From contig CAZAZG010000002.1 of NCBI GenBank assembly GCA_964489565.1, positions 1 to 31,983 of the forward strand: a stretch of 31,983 nt of DNA. The letters run 5' to 3'. The stretch's first letter is position 1; the number at the start of each line of letters is the position of its first letter. Made by a program: the position numbers and the translations under genes. The notes below the pieces were generated by a model that did no database searches, was not told where the DNA came from, and worked only from the letters and a program-made list of their open reading frames with translations. Positions 26,696 to 31,983 of this stretch are shown here, piece by piece. This stretch comes from an uncultured Candidatus Saccharibacteria bacterium (GTDB taxonomy: Bacteria > Patescibacteriota > Minisyncoccia > Phycocordibacterales > Zambryskibacteraceae).

Positions 26696-28382
26696 CTATT
26701 TCCTGTTTCCTTTTACCTATTTTTTTTCGAGCCATCCATTTCCCCCGTCCCCTATCCTTCGATGCTTTGATAAAAGCAGTAAAGAGTGGATGAGGTGAAA
26801 GTGGACGAGCTTTAAACTCTGGGTGAAATAGCGTGGCAAGAAAAAATGGATGAACTTTTTTTGGCAATTCTACGATTTCACAAAGCAGTCCGTCTGCTGA
26901 TTTCCCAGAGAACACTAAACCGCTGGATTCAAACTTCTGGATAAATAGTGGATTTACTTCATAGCGATGCCGGTGACGTTCAGATACTACTTCTTTTTCG
27001 TATGCAGAGCGGGCAATACTTCCTTTCGTCAAATATGCTGGGTATGCGCCAAGACGCATCGTACCTCCATAATTATTACTGTGGAGGAGATGTTTTTGAT
27101 CAGGCATGATATTAATCACCGGATATTTTGTTTTTGGATTCACCTCAACAGTATGCGCGTCCGCAAGCCTGAGCACATTTCTCGCATATTCGATGATCGC
27201 AAGTTGCATACCGTAACACAAGCCAAAATATGGAATCTTCCTTGTCCGAACATGTGAAATAGCCGAAATAATCCCCTCAGCTCCTGAGGTTCCAAATCCA
27301 CCTGGGACAATCACTCCGTCAAACTCTGACAGGAAGGAAGGCGACAATTTTTTTGTCTCAAAATCTTTTGCATTTACACACGTAAGCTTTGGTTTAACTC
27401 CAAGTTGGTATGATGAAAACTTGAGCGCCTCAAGCACCGAAATGTAAACATCAGATAGGACAAAATCTCCTGAATCAAAATATTTACCTACAATAGCTAT
27501 ATTTATCAACCTCTTAGCCCGCCTGGTCTTGGCGACAAATGCAGACCATGCTTTTAAGTTCGTAGATTTTTTGTTTTTTATGCAGAGCACTTTACATAAA
27601 ATCTCACCGAGCTTGTCTTTCTCAAAATTGATTGGTACATCATAAATACTTTCAACATCTGGCGCAGAAATAACATGCCCGTGGGGAAGGTTGCAGAAGA
27701 TTGCAATCTTTTCTTTACGTTTTTCGTCGAGGGCTCGTTCACTACGAGCGATAATGACATCGGCTTGCACACCAGCGCTATTTAACGTGCGTGACGCATA
27801 CTGTGTCGGCTTTGTTTTCATTTCTCCAATCTTAGATGGTATAGGCACATAAGAAACCATGACAATAGCCACATCGCCTGGATGTTTACTCTTCAGCATT
27901 CTCGCAGCTTCAAGAAAAATAATATTTTGATACTCCCCCACTGTTCCGCCTATCTCAACCACGGTGACATCCGCATTCGCTTCCTCTGCGGCAGCTTTTA
28001 TCCTGCGTATGACTTCAAGGGGAATATCGGGAACTACCTCCACATTCTTCCCCTTATATTCTAAATTTCGCTCCTTTCGAATGACCTCTTCGTACACTCG
28101 ACCTGTGGTCATATAATTAACCCTCGATAAATCTGTATTAAGGAAGCGTTCATAATTGCCCATGTCCTGATCTGTCTCGTCTCCGTCATCAAGCACAAAA
28201 ACCTCACCATGCTCCGTAGGATTCATAGTGCCAGCATCGATATTAATATATGGATCAATCTTGAGGGCAGTAACTCTGAGGGATTTTGCTTCGAGAATTT
28301 TTGCGATTGAAGAGGACGCGATACCTTTGCCAACACCTGACATTACTCCACCGACGACAAAGATATATTTCCTTCTCTTCAT
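26667..28382 (-). CDS. pyrG: CTP synthase
   Basis: GGVMSGVGKG, KIDPYINIDAGTMNPTEHGEV, KTKPTQ, GLCYG, GTMRLG, ERHRHRYE, HPE. Confidence 0.98.
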   Translation of the reverse strand: MKRRKYIFVVGGVMSGVGKGIASSSIAKILEAKSLRVTALKIDPYINIDAGTMNPTEHGEVFVLDDGDETDQDMGNYERFLNTDLSRVNYMTTGRVYEEVIRKERNLEYKGKNVEVVPDIPLEVIRRIKAAAEEANADVTVVEIGGTVGEYQNIIFLEAARMLKSKHPGDVAIVMVSYVPIPSKIGEMKTKPTQYASRTLNSAGVQADVIIARSERALDEKRKEKIAIFCNLPHGHVISAPDVESIYDVPINFEKDKLGEILCKVLCIKNKKSTNLKAWSAFVAKTRRAKRLINIAIVGKYFDSGDFVLSDVYISVLEALKFSSYQLGVKPKLTCVNAKDFETKKLSPSFLSEFDGVIVPGGFGTSGAEGIISAISHVRTRKIPYFGLCYGMQLAIIEYARNVLRLADAHTVEVNPKTKYPVINIMPDQKHLLHSNNYGGTMRLGAYPAYLTKGSIARSAYEKEVVSERHRHRYEVNPLFIQKFESSGLVFSGKSADGLLCEIVELPKKVHPFFLATLFHPEFKARPLSPHPLFTAFIKASKDRGRGKWMARKKIGKRKQEIEKQSKNISP

Positions 28383-28415
28383 ATTAGCAGTCTCTGAGGC
28401 ACCAATTCATAATAC

Positions 28416-29342
28416 TTATACTGTAAGGTATTTTCGGACCGCAAGATAGCTTGACACTGCGCCAATAACAACGCCTGAAGCCATAATGACTAAGAATATT
28501 TGACCAAAGTTGTGAACGTAATAGTCAAAAATATTTATACCGATAAAAAAGTTTCGAGTCACTCCTCCAAGCCAATAGGTCACCGGATAGAAAACGATAA
28601 GCGTAAAAATGCCTGCCACTACACCATACATAGTACCTACCACCACAAACGGACCTCTTATGTAAAATGAACTTGCCCCTACGAGTCGCATAATAGAAAT
28701 TTCCTCTCTCGATACGTAGATTGCTAAGCGAATAGTGTTGAGAGTGATAACAATTGAAAGGACGACAAGAATTGCGGTCAGAATAGAGCCGAGCTTCTTT
28801 GCTGAATTGATAATCTGGGTTAGCTTATCAATTGCTACTTTGTTTTGGTAGTAATTGACCTTGTCGACGATTGAGATACCTTCTTTTGAAAGGAGCTCGT
28901 TCCCTTGGAGGAACTGTGCGATACCTTCGTACTGGGAAGGGTCTTTGGCTTTAATATTTAAGGTTGCACCAAGGGGATTGTCCCTAAGCTCATCGAGTGC
29001 TTGTAAAGTAAGCTCATCGTTCTCACGAAGTTTTTTGAAATTTTCGAGCGCTTTCTCTCGAGATGTGTAGCTGACTGTCTCAACTTCTGGCAGACTCTTT
29101 AGAGTTTTTTCGACAGCGAGCACGTCTTCTTCTGAGGCCTTAGTGACGAAGTACACATTAATATCTACCTTGCTGCGAATCTCAGCGAGAGAAGCATTGA
29201 GAATTGCAGATACGAAAATGATTGAAGCAATAACTGAGAGTGTGATGATCATCACGAGCACGGACGAAAGTGACACGAATGCATTTCGTGAAAAGTTAAA
29301 GAAACCACTTCGTATTATTCTTTTAATGTTTACCCAGAGCAT
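28416..29342 (-). CDS. ftsX: Cell division permease FtsX
   Basis: TM1, periplasmic domain (NPLGATL), NTIRLAI...REEISIMRLVGAS...IRGPF. Confidence 0.93.
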   Translation of the reverse strand: MLWVNIKRIIRSGFFNFSRNAFVSLSSVLVMIITLSVIASIIFVSAILNASLAEIRSKVDINVYFVTKASEEDVLAVEKTLKSLPEVETVSYTSREKALENFKKLRENDELTLQALDELRDNPLGATLNIKAKDPSQYEGIAQFLQGNELLSKEGISIVDKVNYYQNKVAIDKLTQIINSAKKLGSILTAILVVLSIVITLNTIRLAIYVSREEISIMRLVGASSFYIRGPFVVVGTMYGVVAGIFTLIVFYPVTYWLGGVTRNFFIGINIFDYYVHNFGQIFLVIMASGVVIGAVSSYLAVRKYLTV

Positions 29343-29394
29343 GATTGATTTTTACTGAACGAAGTGATTATAAAAATCATCACCCCGCCTTCAT

Positions 29395-29608
29395 TTATTG
29401 TAATTGCTTCTTTAAACCAGACCACGAGGAGCGACACTTTTTAAATTTAGCTCACACGCAATAGCAAGTTTTTTGCTGTATAGGCTTCATAATACATTAA
29501 CCCACAATTAATATCTATTTTTTTGTGCTCAGCCAACCTCCTTCGAAAATCATCAGTTGAGCCTACAAAAAACCTGTTATTGGGCGTGAGTCTATAAACA
29601 TAATGCAT
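29395..29608 (-). pseudogene. Degenerate small GIY-YIG nuclease gene (frameshifted)
   Basis: First frame MHYVYRLTPNNRFFVGSTDDFRRRLAEHKK...LMYYEAY (stop at 29447); continuation LAIACELNLK and SSWSGLKKQL in other frames. Confidence 0.75.
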
Positions 29609-29651
29609 TAAAGCGGGGCCATTAAAATTATAGTCATTTCACTCCTTAATT

Positions 29652-30332
29652 TTATATGATATACCTCCCCTCTTTATCATCACGCACCACCCTTCCATTT
29701 TCCATAGTGATAACCCTGCGCCCGAGTGAGTCGATAACCCCTTTGTTGTGAGTCGTTAAGATAACTGTAGTCCCTAAATCATTAATTTTTTTTAAAATCT
29801 GCACGATTTCATAGGTATTCACAGGATCCAGGTTCCCTGTCGGCTCATCAGCAATGATGATGTCAGGCTGATTGACGATAGCGCGGGCAATAGCGACACG
29901 CTGCTTTTCTCCCCCTGAAAGCTCGTGGGGGAAATTCCAAATCTTTTTCCCGAGACCTACGAGCTCAAGTACATGAGGCACGTCTGACTCAATCTCTGTG
30001 TCACCTCGCCCTGCAGCTTCCATACTAAAGGCGATGTTTTCATACACATTCTTATCTGAGAGGAGTCTGAAATCTTGAAACACAACTCCGATACGACGGC
30101 GATATTCTGGGACCTGATTGTGACGGAGTTTATGAATGTCAGTGGAGCCGAAGAATACCTTTCCTTCAGTAGGTTTATCCTCGCCGAGGATAAGCTTAAT
30201 AAGGGTCGTTTTTCCTGCGCCAGAGTGGCCAACAATAGAAACAAACTCTTGGGGGTCAACAGCAAAGCTCACATTTTCGAGAGCAATTGATTCATCGGGA
30301 TATACCTTTGAAACTTTATCAAAATAAATCAT
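29652..30332 (-). CDS. ftsE: Cell division ATP-binding protein FtsE
   Basis: GHSGAGKT, IGVVFQDFRLL, LSGGEKQRVAIARA, IADEPTGNLD. Confidence 0.95.
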   Translation of the reverse strand: MIYFDKVSKVYPDESIALENVSFAVDPQEFVSIVGHSGAGKTTLIKLILGEDKPTEGKVFFGSTDIHKLRHNQVPEYRRRIGVVFQDFRLLSDKNVYENIAFSMEAAGRGDTEIESDVPHVLELVGLGKKIWNFPHELSGGEKQRVAIARAIVNQPDIIIADEPTGNLDPVNTYEIVQILKKINDLGTTVILTTHNKGVIDSLGRRVITMENGRVVRDDKEGRYII

Positions 30333-30433
30333 AAGGATGTTTGTGACAAAAAAGAATGACCGATATATCAGGACATTACCAATATGCTTTGAAGTATACC
30401 ACAGTACACAGAACCCCTGTGAGTAGCTTTATA

Positions 30434-31312
30434 CTACGATAGCATCTGCTCAGCCTCTATAAATTCCTCAATCTCACCCTCGAGGACCGCATCGATATTT
30501 GCAGTTTCCACATTGGTGCGATGGTCTTTGACCATCTTGTATGGGTGCATGACATAGGAACGGATCTGGTTGCCCCATTCAATTTGAGTGCTCTTTGAAA
30601 TATACATACCCTTTTCTTTTGCAATCCGATCTTCTTCCATTCTCTTATAAATTTTACCGGTCAGAATTGCGAGAGCCTTTTCTTTATTCTGTGCCTGAGA
30701 ACGCTCTGACGTGACATGTGCTGAAAGATTTGTGGGTATGTGCACTATGCGCACTGCAGTCTCGCGCTTGTTTACGTTTTGCCCACCCGGACCTCCCGAG
30801 CGCGAGAGCTCTACGCGGAGGTCAGTTTCGAGGATATCAATCACTCCCGTTTTTTCAAACTTTGGTATCACCTCGACGAGTGAAAATGAGGTGTGGCGGA
30901 GCTGTTTTGCATTAAATGGTGAGATGCGAACAAGGCGGTGAACTCCGGACTCATTTTTGAGTGTACCGTATACTCTCTTGCCGTGAATTTCAATGGTGAC
31001 ATTTCGGTATCCCCCATGATCATTCGTGTGCTCGTGAATGAGCGAGAATGACCAGTTTTTATTCTCGATGTATTTGATGTACATAGTGAGCAAGATGCTC
31101 GAAAAATCTTCCGCATCATCTCCTCCGGCACCAGAGAAAATCGTCATAATAGCATCTCCTTTGTCGTACTCTCCAACTCCACTTTGCTCATCTTTCAGTC
31201 TTTGGATTTCTCTGATGGTTGCCTGTGCTTTATCTTTGTCTTGCCAAAAATCCGCAGACATCATATCCGATTCAAGCTCTTCTATTTTCTTTTGCTTAGC
31301 TTCTTTGTCCAT
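30434..31312 (-). CDS. prfB: Peptide chain release factor 2, shortened N-terminal domain
   Basis: ESGVHRLVRISPF (SPF), GGPGGQNVNK (GGQ), WGNQIRSY; ATG at 31312 lies 8 nt after TATAAT. Confidence 0.93.
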   Translation of the reverse strand: MDKEAKQKKIEELESDMMSADFWQDKDKAQATIREIQRLKDEQSGVGEYDKGDAIMTIFSGAGGDDAEDFSSILLTMYIKYIENKNWSFSLIHEHTNDHGGYRNVTIEIHGKRVYGTLKNESGVHRLVRISPFNAKQLRHTSFSLVEVIPKFEKTGVIDILETDLRVELSRSGGPGGQNVNKRETAVRIVHIPTNLSAHVTSERSQAQNKEKALAILTGKIYKRMEEDRIAKEKGMYISKSTQIEWGNQIRSYVMHPYKMVKDHRTNVETANIDAVLEGEIEEFIEAEQMLS

Positions 31313-31345
31313 GTGGTGCAATTATAGTCTATTAGCCCATTCGGG

Positions 31346-31385
31346 CAAAAGGAAAGGCGTTCAGACAAAAATCTGCCTGAACGCC
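31346..31385 (-). terminator. Intrinsic terminator upstream of the prfB promoter
   Basis: GGCGTTCAG/CTGAACGCC stem (31356-31385) followed by TTTCCTTTT on the minus strand. Confidence 0.7.
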
Positions 31386-31880
31386 CTACTGTAGGAGACT
31401 GCGAGGTATCGGGTTGCAGACACCTCCTCAAACAGTGATTCCCTTTGTTTAGAGCGGAACCTACTCCATCTGTTTGAAACTGCATGGTGTAAGAGGCAAA
31501 GCCGACGTATACACCATCAGTATGCCCGCTGTACCTTGCGGTGTTTTGCAAGGCATGAGTCAGTTGCATACCCAAACAGTAACTCCTTGTCTGATGGAGC
31601 GTGATTTTCAACCTTTCGGTCGTTATCACCGGCAATTTCGAATGTAGTCGATAGTGGTAGAGGGTGTCTAATCCTCACATAGCGACCATGCGATGTGCTT
31701 CGCACGAAACAACCTCAGACAAGAGCCCTGCACTGTAGATCGCGGATCTACATGAAAGGCGGGGCAACTCCTTTCCCAATCGCACCCGTCATAGCCAGGC
31801 TACGGGGTATGTACTATCACCCTATTGCCTATAGCTGGTAGGTGTGGAGCACGAGGGTCAATCCTCACACTCCACGACTG
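31346..31880 (-). ncRNA. Candidate large structured ncRNA (~530 nt), family not recognised
   Basis: TTGACT-16-TAATCT promoter-like site (31890-31917), many local and long-range helices, terminal terminator, no credible ORF. Confidence 0.55.
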
Positions 31881-31923
31881 GTACTTTTGAGATTACTCCT
31901 TAAAATTTTTAAGTCAAATGATG

Positions 31924-31983
31924 AGCCACCTCGCAGGATCGAACTGCGGACCCCGTCTTTACGAAAGACGTGCTCTGCCAACT
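31924..31983 (-). tRNA. tRNA-Thr(CGT), 5' end cut by window edge
   Basis: Anticodon arm CGTCT-TTCGTAA-AGACG, T-arm CGCAG-TTCGATC-CTGCG, acceptor 3' strand AGGTGGC. Confidence 0.9.

Noticed and set aside
31282-31705. ORFs 31282-31635 and 31517-31705
   Set aside because: No motifs or RBS, one crosses a terminator and overlaps prfB; the region is better explained as structured RNA
31390-31790. Group II or group I intron, RNase P or tmRNA identity for the structured region
   Set aside because: A GTGCG and a CCTAC occur, but there is no canonical domain V, no complete P7 R/S pair in the right order, and no RNase P or tmRNA terminal signatures by eye

Overview
AT-moderate bacterial window in genetic code 11. 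Gene style and content (compact genes, secG-SBP-rnj, Gmad2, peptidoglycan-binding and bactofilin-like surface proteins, a shortened RF2) suggest Parcubacteria/Patescibacteria (CPR); this is an inference. Housekeeping genes: GGDEF protein, htpX, lemA, groEL/groES, secG, family-5 SBP, RNase J, MFS, DEAD-box helicase, pyrG, ftsX/ftsE, prfB and three tRNAs (Ser-GGA, Gln-CTG, partial Thr-CGT). Main observations: (1) a family of ~150-bp hairpin elements at tRNA 3' ends whose arms are matched to each host tRNA and which bracket accessory genes after tRNA-Gln; (2) a ~530-nt, heavily base-paired non-coding region between tRNA-Thr and prfB, a candidate large ncRNA; (3) crtB-crtI plus a lycopene-elongase-like prenyltransferase, suggesting C45/C50 carotenoids; (4) a frameshifted GIY-YIG mini-element between ftsE and ftsX; (5) microproteins missed by the ORF track; (6) leaderless-type starts in core genes versus Shine-Dalgarno starts in orphans. 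All assignments come from motif reading by eye; no searches were run.
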